DNA of 64,000 nt from an uncultured cyanobacterium (GCA_963793425.1 CAWCAG010000009.1:416001-480000); one strand, 5' to 3'; positions 1 to 10,179 are shown, numbered from the stretch's first letter. Notes: generated by a model not told the origin, from the letters alone. Made by a program: numbers and translations.

Positions 1-88
1 AAGAAGAATTGTTTATCTTCAACGTCTACCTACTTTTTCGCATCGTTGGGAAGTCCTTAAGGGCTGGTTGGGATTAAGTAATAAGTAA
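1..88 (+). CDS. 3' end of a gene entering the window, probably a type-2 NADH dehydrogenase-like NAD(P)/FAD oxidoreductase (partial)
   Basis: Frame from base 2 reads RRIVYLQRLPTFSHRWEVLKGWLGLSNK* (TAA 86-88). It resembles the RRxxYLxRLPT C-terminus of cyanobacterial NDH-2 proteins, from memory. Confidence 0.5.
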   Translation, partial: RRIVYLQRLPTFSHRWEVLKGWLGLSNK

Positions 89-110
89 TAAGTAATAAGT
101 AATAAGTAAT
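75..110. repeat. STRR-type heptamer tandem repeat (TAAGTAA)x5
   Basis: Five perfect copies at 75-109, overlapping the stop of the upstream gene. Confidence 0.95.
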
Positions 111-160
111 GGGAACAATAATTGATATTAACAACTAGCAATTAGCAATTAGCAAAAACT

Positions 161-2047
161 ATGAAAGAAAAACCTCAAAATATTTGGGCATCTAAATTTT
201 CGCAAGTGTTTGGTTTCGATTTGCGATCGCTGGCTGCTTTTCGTGTTGGTTTGGCATTAGTTATTTTAGGAGATTTGTTTACTCGTTTAGGAGATTTAAC
301 GGCCCATTATACAGATTTAGGAGTTTTACCTCGTTCTGCTTTAGAAGATGGCATTCTTAAGCCCTGGTACTGGTCGATTCATCTAATTAGCGGTCAACCT
401 ATAGTCCAGTTTCTCATTTTTTTGACGGCAATTTTTGTTACTTTATGCTTATTAGTTGGTTATCGAACTCGATTGGCTACAATTGCTTGTTGGGCTTTGA
501 TAGTTTCGATGCACAATCGTAACTTAGCTTTAATTTTTGCTGCGGATGATGTGTTGCGAGCGATTCTCTTTTGGGCAATGTTCTTGCCTTTAGGGGCAGC
601 ATATTCATTAGATAGTGCTTTCAATAATTCCCCAAAAACTTTACCTAAGCGAGTAGTTTCTGGGGCAACTATTGCTTTACTAGCACAGCAGTGTTTTATT
701 TATATTTTCTCGGCTGCTTTTAAAACCCAGAGTCCAACTTGGTTTCCTGATTATACAGCAGTTTATTACGCTTTAAGTTTTGACCAATATGTTACTCATA
801 TAGGACGTTTCTTACTCAACTTTCCTCTCCTCCTAAGCATCTCCACAGCCATTACTTTAGTTTTAGAGTGGATTGGCCCTTTATTTTTATTAGTACCAAA
901 TAACCTAGTTCGTTTATTAACTGTACTTACTTTTATTGGCTTACACGCTGGCTTTGGTTTCACCTTAAATATTGGTATTTTTCCCTTCTTAAGTATTGCT
1001 ACTTGGTTAGCTTTTTTACCTTCTTCTTTCTGGGACAAGTTGGAGAGGAAGTTAGCAACTCAAGAAAGAAAAGGTTTACGGATTTATTACGATGCTGATT
1101 GCGGTTTTTGTAAGAAAGTAGTTTATATTCTGCGTACCCTCCTTATCTTACCGGGAACTCCTCTTTTAATCGCTCAAGATGAGCAATCTATTTATGAAGA
1201 TATGCAGAGAATTAACTCTTGGGTTGTGGTTGATGCTAAAGGAGATCGCTATTACAAATTTGGTGCGATCGCCTATGTCGTTAGTCTTTCTCCTGTTTTC
1301 TTCCCTTTAGCAAAAGTATTACGCTGGCAACCAATTATGAAGTTGGGAAATAGGTTCTATGAAACCATTGCTAATAATCGTAAAAAAGCGGGATTATTCA
1401 CCAAACCATTTCAGTTTCGCCCTCTCAAAGTTCGTCCCTCTTTACTCCTGAATGTTGTTACTTCTCTACTCTTACTTTTAACCTTTATTTGGAATCTACG
1501 CAGCTTTACCCAGCATTTTGCTTTCATAGATAATCAAAGTAAGCCTTTTACTAGTTTACGAAGAGTGACTACCAGTAGAAGCCTACAAAGAGTAGACCCT
1601 TTAAGTCGTATTACCAGATTAGATCAATCTTGGAATATTTTTGCTCCTAGCCCTCCTAAAGATGATGGTTGGCACGTTATGCCAGGGAAACTTAAAAATG
1701 GGGAAGAGGTAGATATTTTTCAAGACGGCGACTCTGTAAGCTGGCAAAAACCTACCTTAAATAAGCGCAATTCCCTTTATAAAAATATGCAATGGCGAAC
1801 TTATTTTATTAACCTCAATCGCAACATCGGCAAGAAGCTTTATCCTTACTATGGTAAGTATGTGTGTCAAGATTGGAATAAGCAACATATAGGGGAGGAA
1901 GAATTAGATAGCTTTGAGGTTTATTTCGTGGCAGAAGAAACAGCCGAACCAGGAAAAAAACAGAATCTAGAACGTAAAAAAGTCGGTGAATATTCTTGTT
2001 CGCAGCAAGATAAGGAAGTAAAGAGAGAAGGGCAAGAATCAGAGTAA
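161..2047 (+). CDS. HTTM-domain membrane protein with an inserted DCC1-like (DUF393) thiol-disulfide oxidoreductase domain
   Basis: Multi-TM N-terminus with DLRSLAAFR, SMHNRN and LPLGAAYSLD motifs typical of HTTM proteins. Central YYDADCGFC (DxxCxxC). C-terminal LDQSWNIFAP motif. Confidence 0.8.
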   Translation: MKEKPQNIWASKFSQVFGFDLRSLAAFRVGLALVILGDLFTRLGDLTAHYTDLGVLPRSALEDGILKPWYWSIHLISGQPIVQFLIFLTAIFVTLCLLVGYRTRLATIACWALIVSMHNRNLALIFAADDVLRAILFWAMFLPLGAAYSLDSAFNNSPKTLPKRVVSGATIALLAQQCFIYIFSAAFKTQSPTWFPDYTAVYYALSFDQYVTHIGRFLLNFPLLLSISTAITLVLEWIGPLFLLVPNNLVRLLTVLTFIGLHAGFGFTLNIGIFPFLSIATWLAFLPSSFWDKLERKLATQERKGLRIYYDADCGFCKKVVYILRTLLILPGTPLLIAQDEQSIYEDMQRINSWVVVDAKGDRYYKFGAIAYVVSLSPVFFPLAKVLRWQPIMKLGNRFYETIANNRKKAGLFTKPFQFRPLKVRPSLLLNVVTSLLLLLTFIWNLRSFTQHFAFIDNQSKPFTSLRRVTTSRSLQRVDPLSRITRLDQSWNIFAPSPPKDDGWHVMPGKLKNGEEVDIFQDGDSVSWQKPTLNKRNSLYKNMQWRTYFINLNRNIGKKLYPYYGKYVCQDWNKQHIGEEELDSFEVYFVAEETAEPGKKQNLERKKVGEYSCSQQDKEVKREGQESE

Positions 2048-2101
2048 GGAATCAATATTTTGGTAAGAAAAAATTACCCATTACCCATTACCTAATCATT
2101 C

Positions 2102-3589
2102 ATGCTTTTTAATTCCTACATTTTTATTTTCATTTTCCTCCCCATTACCTTAATTGGTTTTTTCAGCTTAACCAGGTTTAAATTAACTAAATTAGCCACA
2201 ATTTGGTTAACTGTTAGTTCCTTTGTTTTCTATGGTTACTGGAACCCACTTTACCTACCCTTACTAATTCTTTCTGTTGTCTTTAACCATCAAATGGGGG
2301 CGCAAATTGGCAAGCTGATTGCCCAAAGTAATCAGAAACAGGGCAAAATACTCCTTTGGATAGGAATTATTATTAACCTATTGAGTATTGGTTACTATAA
2401 ATACGCCAACTTCTTTTTCACTTCCCTTAACGATACTTTCGGTAGTAACTTTGCCATTTATAAAGTCATTTTACCTTTAGGTATCTCCTTCTATACCTTC
2501 ACTCAAATTGCCTATCTTGTTGATGCCTATCGAGGGGAAACAGAGAAATTAAACTACGACCTCTTAACCTATAGTTTATTCGTCTCCTTCTTCCCGCAAC
2601 TAATCGCCGGACCAATTCTGCGTCACGATGAACTTATCCCTCAATTTCGTCAATTAAAAAACTTTGTTTTTTCCCACAAAAACTTTGCTTTAGGTTTAGT
2701 TCTATTTAGCTTAGGATTATGTAAAAAAGTTCTCATTGCCGATAGCGTTTCCCCTTGGGTAGCTGATATTTTTGCTAATGCTGCTGAAGTCAACTTTATA
2801 GAAGCTTGGGTAGGGGCATTGAGTTATACTCTACAACTTTATTTTGATTTTTCTGGCTACTCTGATATGGCTATTGGTTTGGGTTTAATGTTTAATATCA
2901 ACCTGCCAATTAACTTCAATTCCCCTTACAAAGCAACTTCCATTAGCGATTTTTGGCGACGCTGGCATATCACCTTATCCAACTTCTTAAGAGACTATCT
3001 ATACATCCCTTTAGGAGGAAGTCGCAAAGGAGAAATACGCCGTTACTCTAATTTAATAACCACCATGTTATTAGGAGGATTATGGCACGGTGCAGGCTGG
3101 ACTTATATTATTTGGGGAGGCATTCATGGGCTTTATTTATCTATTAACCACGCTTGGCGTAAATATGCTTTTCCTTTACCCAAAATAATTGCTTGGTTAA
3201 TTACTTTTATGGGTGTAGTGTTCAGTTGGGTACTATTCCGCGCCTTAACTTTAAAAGATGGCATAGAAATCTTAAAAGCAATGGTTGGTTTCAAAGGTAT
3301 AGTTGTTCCCGGAGAAGCAGCAGGCAAATTAGGTTTTATAAGTAACTTTGGTATTCAACTCCAATCATGGAATAATATTACATATTTGCCAGAAACTAAC
3401 GGTAGTAAAATCATCACCTTAGCAGTTCTTTTCGGACTTATACTAGCAGTAACTTTGTTACCAAATACCCAACAAATCCTTCAAAAACTAAGACCAACTT
3501 GGTGGTGGGCAGTTAGTATTGGCTTATTAACCAGCTATTGCTTACTATCCCTCAACCGCGTTTCTGAGTTCCTTTATTTCCAATTTTAA
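2102..3589 (+). CDS. MBOAT family O-acyltransferase (AlgI/DltB-like)
   Basis: LPLGISFYTF, FFPQLIAGPI, YFDFSGYSDMAIG, FWRRWHITLS and GLWHGAGW (catalytic His) motifs; ends FLYFQF. Confidence 0.95.
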   Translation: MLFNSYIFIFIFLPITLIGFFSLTRFKLTKLATIWLTVSSFVFYGYWNPLYLPLLILSVVFNHQMGAQIGKLIAQSNQKQGKILLWIGIIINLLSIGYYKYANFFFTSLNDTFGSNFAIYKVILPLGISFYTFTQIAYLVDAYRGETEKLNYDLLTYSLFVSFFPQLIAGPILRHDELIPQFRQLKNFVFSHKNFALGLVLFSLGLCKKVLIADSVSPWVADIFANAAEVNFIEAWVGALSYTLQLYFDFSGYSDMAIGLGLMFNINLPINFNSPYKATSISDFWRRWHITLSNFLRDYLYIPLGGSRKGEIRRYSNLITTMLLGGLWHGAGWTYIIWGGIHGLYLSINHAWRKYAFPLPKIIAWLITFMGVVFSWVLFRALTLKDGIEILKAMVGFKGIVVPGEAAGKLGFISNFGIQLQSWNNITYLPETNGSKIITLAVLFGLILAVTLLPNTQQILQKLRPTWWWAVSIGLLTSYCLLSLNRVSEFLYFQF

Positions 3590-3707
3590 ATCCGTTGTCT
3601 AATTGAAACCATGAAGACTTTATCTCCAAAGCCCAATATTGCCAAGAGGCAGACTTATAATAATAGCTAGTCCGGAAAAAATATTAGTTACTGAGGATAT
3701 TTAATTG

Positions 3708-4598
3708 ATGAATTGGTTTGATAAAACTCTACATAACTTTCGAGTTAAAAAGCATCATTTAACACAAGAATATTCAAATCATTTGCGTTTTTATAGAACG
3801 TTTATTTTTCAATCAACAGAAATCATTAATCAAAAAGAGATCAGAGTTGTCGGAATACGTCGTACTGGCAATCATGCAATTATTGGCTGGATAAGATCCC
3901 AACATCCAGAATATGCCTTTCATATAAATCATCCTCCTGCTGGGCAAAACCCATATCAGTTTCTTTATACTCATTTCAAAACGCCAGAATTATACCAGGA
4001 AGCTATAGGAAAGTTTTCCCAAAAGAGTCTGCTAATTATTAGCTATGAAGATCAGGAACTTGAAAAGATTTATTCTGCAAAGTTTGAAAAGTTCCATGAT
4101 ACTTATGTTGGAGTTTCAGCAAGCCAATTTGATGTTCTCCTCCTGAGAGATCCTTTCAACTTAGTTGCTAGCAGGATTAAATCAAACAAGTCTAGCATAA
4201 CTGATGGTAGCGCAATAGAAGCTATCGAGCTTTGGAAATCTTACGCACGAGAATTTGTAGGAGAAACAGCATTTCTCAAACACAATAAATTATGTATTAA
4301 CTTCAACAAGTGGCATTATAATGCACAATATCGAGAAGAAATAGCTAAAAGCTTAGAGCTAGAATTTACAGATGCTGGTAGAGAAAGAGTCAGAGATTAT
4401 GGAGGAGGAAGTTCGTTTGATGGGCGCAAGCTTGATGGACAAGCTTCGCAGCTTGACATCCTAAATCGTTGGCAATTATTTGCAGATGAGGATTCGTTTT
4501 GGCATCTATTTAAGGATGAAGAACTACTATATTATATAGAACGTATTTTTGATAAAGAAACTCTACCATTTCATAAAATACAACTTAACAAACGTTAA
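3708..4598 (+). CDS. Sulfotransferase-like protein
   Basis: VVGIRRTGNHAI resembles the 5'-PSB loop and LLLRDPFNLVASR the 3'-PB motif of PAPS-dependent sulfotransferases. ATG at 3708 follows TTG 3705. Confidence 0.55.
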   Translation: MNWFDKTLHNFRVKKHHLTQEYSNHLRFYRTFIFQSTEIINQKEIRVVGIRRTGNHAIIGWIRSQHPEYAFHINHPPAGQNPYQFLYTHFKTPELYQEAIGKFSQKSLLIISYEDQELEKIYSAKFEKFHDTYVGVSASQFDVLLLRDPFNLVASRIKSNKSSITDGSAIEAIELWKSYAREFVGETAFLKHNKLCINFNKWHYNAQYREEIAKSLELEFTDAGRERVRDYGGGSSFDGRKLDGQASQLDILNRWQLFADEDSFWHLFKDEELLYYIERIFDKETLPFHKIQLNKR

Positions 4599-4609
4599 TT
4601 TTTTTAAAC

Positions 4610-5806
4610 TTGCTTCTACCATCGCCATTAGGTGCTTTCCAAATCAACCTTGTTTCTACGGCAAAAAAGAAACTTTCTCTAATCTTACCTACCTATAATG
4701 AAAGCAAAAACCTTCCTTTAATTATTCCCCAGTTAATCAGTTTATTAGATAGTAAAATACCAGAAAACTACGAACTAATTGTAGTAGACGATGATAGCCC
4801 TGACAAAACCTGGGAAATTGCCCAATCTTTGCTACCTAAATACTCGCAACTCAAGGTGATACGCCGCCAAGAAGAAAAAGGACTTTCCACAGCAGTAATT
4901 CGCGGTTGGCAAGCATCCCAAGGAAAGATATTAGGGGTTATAGATGCCGATTTACAACATCCTCCAGAAATCTTACTTTCTATGCTAAATACAATAGAAG
5001 AAGGGAGAGATTTAGTAATTGCCAGTCGTCATATAGAAGGGGGAGGTGTTAGTGACTGGAGTTTCAGTAGACGATTTTTATCTCGTGGCGCACAAACCCT
5101 TGGCTTAGTGATTTTACCAGAAGTTATTGGTAAAGTGTCCGATCCGATGAGTGGTTATTTTCTAGTTAAAAGAGAGGCGATCGCCCAACAAAAACTCAAT
5201 CCGCGAGGTTATAAAATTCTTATTGAAGTTTTAGCTCGTTGCAACATTGGTAAAATCGCTGAAGTAGGTTATATTTTTCAAGAACGTCAAGCAGGAGAGA
5301 GTAAGGTAACTTACCAACAATATTGGGATTATCTTCTACATTTAATTTCTTTACGCCTCTACTTATGGCAAACTAACCGCTTTATTCGCTTCGGTTTAGT
5401 AGGTTTAACGGGAGTACTTGTAGATATGAGTGTACTTTACCTCTTAAGCGATCCTAGTACTTTCGCTTGGGGGCTAACTCGTAGCAAGATTATAGCCGGA
5501 GAAGTAGCAATTATCAACAACTTTCTCTGGAATGATGCTTGGACATTTGCTGACATTGCCATGAAACAAAAAGGTTGGGGCAAACGCTTGAAACGCTTAT
5601 TAAAATTCAACCTCATCTGCTTGATAGGGTTATTTTTAAATGTCTTGATTCTCAACTTATTATTTAATTACTTAGGTTTTAACAACTTCTCTACTGGTAG
5701 ATACATAGCTAATCTCATCGCTATAGGCATCGTTACTGGGTGGAATTTTTGGCTTAACCTTAAATTAAGCTGGCGAGTAACGGAGGTTAATAGCAACAAA
5801 ACTTAG
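4610..5806 (+). CDS. GT2 polyprenol-phosphate glycosyltransferase (DPM1-like) fused to a GtrA flippase-like domain
   Basis: ILPTYNE, VVDDDSPD, IDADLQHPP, DPMSGYF motifs. C-terminal RFIRFGLVG with four TM segments. Confidence 0.9.
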   Translation: MLLPSPLGAFQINLVSTAKKKLSLILPTYNESKNLPLIIPQLISLLDSKIPENYELIVVDDDSPDKTWEIAQSLLPKYSQLKVIRRQEEKGLSTAVIRGWQASQGKILGVIDADLQHPPEILLSMLNTIEEGRDLVIASRHIEGGGVSDWSFSRRFLSRGAQTLGLVILPEVIGKVSDPMSGYFLVKREAIAQQKLNPRGYKILIEVLARCNIGKIAEVGYIFQERQAGESKVTYQQYWDYLLHLISLRLYLWQTNRFIRFGLVGLTGVLVDMSVLYLLSDPSTFAWGLTRSKIIAGEVAIINNFLWNDAWTFADIAMKQKGWGKRLKRLLKFNLICLIGLFLNVLILNLLFNYLGFNNFSTGRYIANLIAIGIVTGWNFWLNLKLSWRVTEVNSNKT

Positions 5807-5875
5807 CTAGGGAGGAACTCTAGAGATAAACCAAACTATAGTAACTTTATTCAATTTCTCTACTAAATATTTGTA

Positions 5876-7042
5876 GTGATGAACAAAACTTCTCGTAAAT
5901 ATCGTCAATATATTGGCATTTTTTTTGCTAGTGTTTGTATTCCTCTATTTGGGGTGGGTTTATTTAATATTATTATTGACCCTTATGGTGTCTTTAATCA
6001 AGAAGATATTCCCGGTATCAACCACGCTAAAGTTAATCAAGATAATAACGATAGGCTAGCAAAAGCTACAGATATTACTCGTATTAAACCTATAACCTTA
6101 TTATTAGGCTCCTCTCGTACTAAGCAAGGTTTAGATCCAGATCATCCTCAAATAGTAAAAGATCAACCTGCTTATAATGTAGCAATTAACGGTCCCAATA
6201 TGTATGAGGTAAAACGTTACCTAGACCATGCTATTGCTAACCAAGAAAATTTACAAACAGTCATCCTTGGCGTGGACTTTTTTATGTTCAATGCCAACTT
6301 AGACAATCAACCTAGCTTTTCCGATGCTAGATTAGGTAAACGTCACCTCATTATTCAAGACTTTATTAATATTGTCTTTTCTATAGATGCTTTTTATGCT
6401 AGTAAAGAAACATTATTAGAAAGTGGGAAGGAAGCTTATCAAAATGATAATTACGGAGAAAATGGTTTTCAACCCAATCGCCAAGCGAATGATGGCAATA
6501 CCAAATGGAGATTTGGTCAGTCTATCAAGCTTTATTTTGAGTTGCATTCTGATTATGACTTTTCCTCAAAATATTTTGCTAACTTTGAAGAAGTAGTTAA
6601 GCTTTGTCAAAAACATAATATTGACTTGAAAGTTTTCATTTCCCCAGCCCATGCTACCCAGTGGGAGTCGATTAGAAGTACAGGACGTTGGCCAGTATTT
6701 GAGGAATGGAAAAGAAAATTAGTTGCAGTTACTCCAGTGTGGGATTTTTCTGGTTATAACTCTATTACTAGAGAAAATATCAGAGATGAAATGAACAATT
6801 ATTCTGATAATTCTCACTATACTAAACCCGTTGGAGATTTAATCTTAAATCGTATTTTTAGTTATCAAGAAGAAAACATTCCTGAAGATTTCGGTATTTT
6901 ACTAACTCCAGAAAACATTGATTCTCACTTGGCAAAAATTCGAGCAGATAGAGAAAATTGGTTAAAGGAAAATCCAGAAGAACTTAAGTTAGTAAAAACC
7001 CTTCAGCAAGAACAGAAAGCTGAACAAAATGCTCAAAAGTAA
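5876..7042 (+). CDS. Membrane-anchored SGNH-like protein, probable periplasmic acyl-transfer partner of the MBOAT
   Basis: N-terminal TM ending IIDPYG, LLLGSSRT (GSS nucleophile block) and DNSHY (DxxH). Confidence 0.6.
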   Translation: MMNKTSRKYRQYIGIFFASVCIPLFGVGLFNIIIDPYGVFNQEDIPGINHAKVNQDNNDRLAKATDITRIKPITLLLGSSRTKQGLDPDHPQIVKDQPAYNVAINGPNMYEVKRYLDHAIANQENLQTVILGVDFFMFNANLDNQPSFSDARLGKRHLIIQDFINIVFSIDAFYASKETLLESGKEAYQNDNYGENGFQPNRQANDGNTKWRFGQSIKLYFELHSDYDFSSKYFANFEEVVKLCQKHNIDLKVFISPAHATQWESIRSTGRWPVFEEWKRKLVAVTPVWDFSGYNSITRENIRDEMNNYSDNSHYTKPVGDLILNRIFSYQEENIPEDFGILLTPENIDSHLAKIRADRENWLKENPEELKLVKTLQQEQKAEQNAQK

Positions 7043-7054
7043 CCAAAGGGGAGG

Positions 7055-7092
<38 letters not shown>

Positions 7093-7163
7093 CAGCGAGT
7101 AGGGTTTGAAAACTTTATTCGGTCGATTTTATAAAGGCACTTTAGTAACTGGATTTAGTCTTA

Positions 7164-7847
7164 TTACTTCTTTCTGTACCAATCCCTCAACCTAGTAGGA
7201 GAAACTCCTAAGAAATAACCGGCGATCGCAACTTGATTAATCAAAGTCGTTTTCACAACACCCAACTTTAACCAACGCCTTCCGGAAGTAACTACCTTCG
7301 CCGGTACAATAGCAATTTTCCCCAACCTTCTCAAACGACTTATCAACTCAAAATCTTCCATAATTGGTAACTCTGGGAAGCCACCAACTTCTTGAAAAAC
7401 AGAAGCTTTGAGGAAAATAGCCTGATCTCCATAGGGCATCCCTAAAATCTGCGATCGCAGGTTAACCATCTTTTCTACCAACCTTACGACAAGCTGATCA
7501 AGATCAATTCTGAGTTGAAAAGCCCCAGCGATGGTATAGGGTTGGGCAAGGGCAACACTAACTAGCTCTTCGTAACCGCGAGGTAAACAACTATCTCCGT
7601 GTAAAAATAGTAAAATATCTCCTTGAGCCATTGCTGCACCGACATTCATTTGTATTGCCCTGCCAGGGCAAGAAGTAATCACCTCAACTCCCATAGCTTT
7701 AGTTAGTTTAACCGTCTCATCGTCACTGCCCCCATCTACCACAATAATCTCCACTCCCACCGCTTCTTGCACTCTCAAAATGGTTTTTTCAATAGTTGCT
7801 GCTTCATTCAAAACAGGGATAATTACCGAAATTGTGGCAGCAATCAT
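7164..7847 (-). CDS. TIGR04283-type GT2 glycosyltransferase
   Basis: ISVIIPVLNE, VVDGGSDD, GRAIQMN, LFLHGD, PYGDQAIF, PIMEDFEL, TSGRRW motifs. Confidence 0.85.
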   Translation of the reverse strand: MIAATISVIIPVLNEAATIEKTILRVQEAVGVEIIVVDGGSDDETVKLTKAMGVEVITSCPGRAIQMNVGAAMAQGDILLFLHGDSCLPRGYEELVSVALAQPYTIAGAFQLRIDLDQLVVRLVEKMVNLRSQILGMPYGDQAIFLKASVFQEVGGFPELPIMEDFELISRLRRLGKIAIVPAKVVTSGRRWLKLGVVKTTLINQVAIAGYFLGVSPTRLRDWYRKK

Positions 7848-7879
7848 TGATTAAGTAATAAGTAATATAGGTTTAAAGT

Positions 7880-8764
7880 ATGCCTGATATTAACAAGCTT
7901 CTTAAGCAACTTGCTAGCCAAGAAAAAGCCTTACAAAACACTCAATTTTTGGCCCCCTGTGTAATGGGTTGTTCCCTACGCACCTCTGTAGCTAAAATAA
8001 TCTACACCTTTACACCTCAGCCCCAAAATTTCACTGGCTGGGGAATCTTCCAAGCTATTAATCCTCAAGTCGCTGAGTTAGTTACAGAAGCTAGCTTACC
8101 CCAAATAACCACTTACTTAGAATTACTACCTCCCCTACGTCTCCGCCTCGCCCAGCAAATCAGGGAACAAACTTGGTTAGCTTACCCCATCAACGAATCA
8201 GATATGCAACAGCGTTTCGGGGAAGCTAAGCCCCTCGTTGTACATTTGGTAGATCAAGGGGGGCAGTTTGAACCCATTGTTGCCCGCCTCCAAGGTTCCC
8301 ATTGCTGGTTTGAAACTATTGATCGCCGTGCCGAACCCCAACCTACAGAAACTCTAACCACGTATTTACACCAAGAAACTTGTCCTAAAGAAGTAAAATT
8401 CCCTGGCTTAACTCCAGAAATGCTGACAACTTACCAACTAGCTTGGGGACAAACAGAAAATGTTCTCATTCAAGAACAACACCGCCAGCAAGTGCAAGGA
8501 AAAGTCTCAAAGCCCACATCACCTCAAAACCCAGAAATCAGGTTGCAACAAGCCCTACAACAGGGAGGAGGTGAAATGAGAACCTATCGTGATTACGATG
8601 GTTTCTGGCAAGTAGAATGGCTAACGGCAGATGGACAACTCCATACCTCAGCAATATCTAAAGAGGATCTTACGGTAGTTAGTGCTGGAATCTGTTTGAG
8701 TGGGCGCGATCGCGACTTTGATCTCCAATCCTTAGTTGGTGTTATGGAACAGGAGTATGATTAA
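7880..8764 (+). CDS. Conserved hypothetical protein
   Basis: 294-aa ORF with ATG start and a conserved-looking C-terminus (SAGICLSGRDRDFDLQSLVGV). No function recognised. Confidence 0.75.
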   Translation: MPDINKLLKQLASQEKALQNTQFLAPCVMGCSLRTSVAKIIYTFTPQPQNFTGWGIFQAINPQVAELVTEASLPQITTYLELLPPLRLRLAQQIREQTWLAYPINESDMQQRFGEAKPLVVHLVDQGGQFEPIVARLQGSHCWFETIDRRAEPQPTETLTTYLHQETCPKEVKFPGLTPEMLTTYQLAWGQTENVLIQEQHRQQVQGKVSKPTSPQNPEIRLQQALQQGGGEMRTYRDYDGFWQVEWLTADGQLHTSAISKEDLTVVSAGICLSGRDRDFDLQSLVGVMEQEYD

Positions 8765-8965
8765 TTTGCCGAAAGAGCCAACAAGAAAGCGTAAGATGAT
8801 TTATTAAGCTAGGCTGAAGTTAGAGTTCAGGGCTTCTCAGAGATGGGTGCATCCTACAAGCATTAACCCCAGGAATCATTGCACGGCTTGCCGTTGCTGG
8901 AGGTATCATTGATAACACATAAGACAGGGCATGAAGTAGATAATTTAGGTCTGGTTGAGAGCATT

Positions 8966-10006
8966 ATGAATAAACCTGTCATTATTTGTATAGATGACGA
9001 ACCGACTATACTTGAAAGTCTCAAAATAGAGCTAAAAAAAGCTCTAGGGGATGCTTATATAATCGAAGCCTCAGAAGGGGGAGAAGAGGCTTTAGAACTA
9101 TTTAAAGAACTAATGGAAGATAAGTATGAAGTCGCCTTAGTTCTATCTGATTATATTATGCCCGACATCAAAGGAGACGAACTTTTAAAGCGTATTCATA
9201 CCATTTCTCCCCAAACCTTGAAAATCATGCTTACAGGGCAAGCTGACTTAGAAGCAGTGAGTAATGCGATTAAATATGCGAAGCTATATCGTTATATCTC
9301 CAAACCTTGGCAACCTGAAGATTTAAAAGTTACTGTTATTGAAGCAGTTCATAGTTATCTTCAAGATAAAAAACTCACTGAACAAAATACTAAGCTGCAA
9401 CAAATGAACCAGCAACTAGAAGAATTAACCCTTCATCAAGCAGCTTTAATTAACGAACGTACCGTTGAATTAAAACAAGCAAACCAAGAATTACATCTTC
9501 TCGCCAATCTAGACGGTTTAACCCAAATAGCCAACCGCCGCTGCTTCGATCAATATCTTACTCAAGAATGGCAAAGACTAGCTGAAAGCAAACAACCTCT
9601 ATCAATTATTTTTGCCGACGTAGATTGTTTTAAAAGCTACAATGATCAATACGGGCATCAAGCAGGAGATGAATGTCTACAAGCTATTTCCCAAGCCATG
9701 AGTACTACACTCACAAAAGGTTTAGTGGCGCGGTATGGAGGAGAAGAATTTGCCTTCGTATTACCAAACACTGAAACCACAGAAGCAGTGAAAATAGCGA
9801 TCGCTATTCAATTAGCCATTCAACAACTGAAAATTCCCCACCAAGGTTCAACTGCAAGGGAATATGTCACCCTAAGTTTAGGTATTGCCACAACTATTCC
9901 TCAACAGGAATGCTTGCCCTCAACCCTAACAACCCAAGCTGATATTGCTCTTTATGAAGCCAAAAAACAAGGTCGCAATAGATACTGTATCAAGAAAGCG
10001 GAATAA
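8966..10006 (+). CDS. Response-regulator diguanylate cyclase (REC-coiled coil-GGDEF), copy 1
   Basis: CIDDE, SDYIMP (phospho-Asp), KPW; DGLTQIANRR, YGHQAGDECL, RYGGEEF. Start moved to ATG 8966 by alignment with the paralog (MNKPVII). Confidence 0.93.
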   Translation: MNKPVIICIDDEPTILESLKIELKKALGDAYIIEASEGGEEALELFKELMEDKYEVALVLSDYIMPDIKGDELLKRIHTISPQTLKIMLTGQADLEAVSNAIKYAKLYRYISKPWQPEDLKVTVIEAVHSYLQDKKLTEQNTKLQQMNQQLEELTLHQAALINERTVELKQANQELHLLANLDGLTQIANRRCFDQYLTQEWQRLAESKQPLSIIFADVDCFKSYNDQYGHQAGDECLQAISQAMSTTLTKGLVARYGGEEFAFVLPNTETTEAVKIAIAIQLAIQQLKIPHQGSTAREYVTLSLGIATTIPQQECLPSTLTTQADIALYEAKKQGRNRYCIKKAE

Positions 10007-10179
10007 TTAATTGAGAAAGGATTATACCTTGTTTGATAGTTACCGAACCGATAGCCAAATTAAAATATCGATGATATGTTTAAGCTGTCAGGTGTCAAGA
10101 ATTACTTGATTAGGATTAGGAAGTAGGGGGCAGAAAAGAGTTACAGCTAATTTCAACTTTTCCTTAATTTTTCAATGTC

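Noticed and set aside
8765..8965. Possible c-di-GMP riboswitch or N-terminal extension upstream of the first cyclase
   Set aside because: Only a small hairpin (GCACGGC-TT-GCCGTTGC) and no recognisable riboswitch consensus. The TTG-started extension is absent from the paralog.
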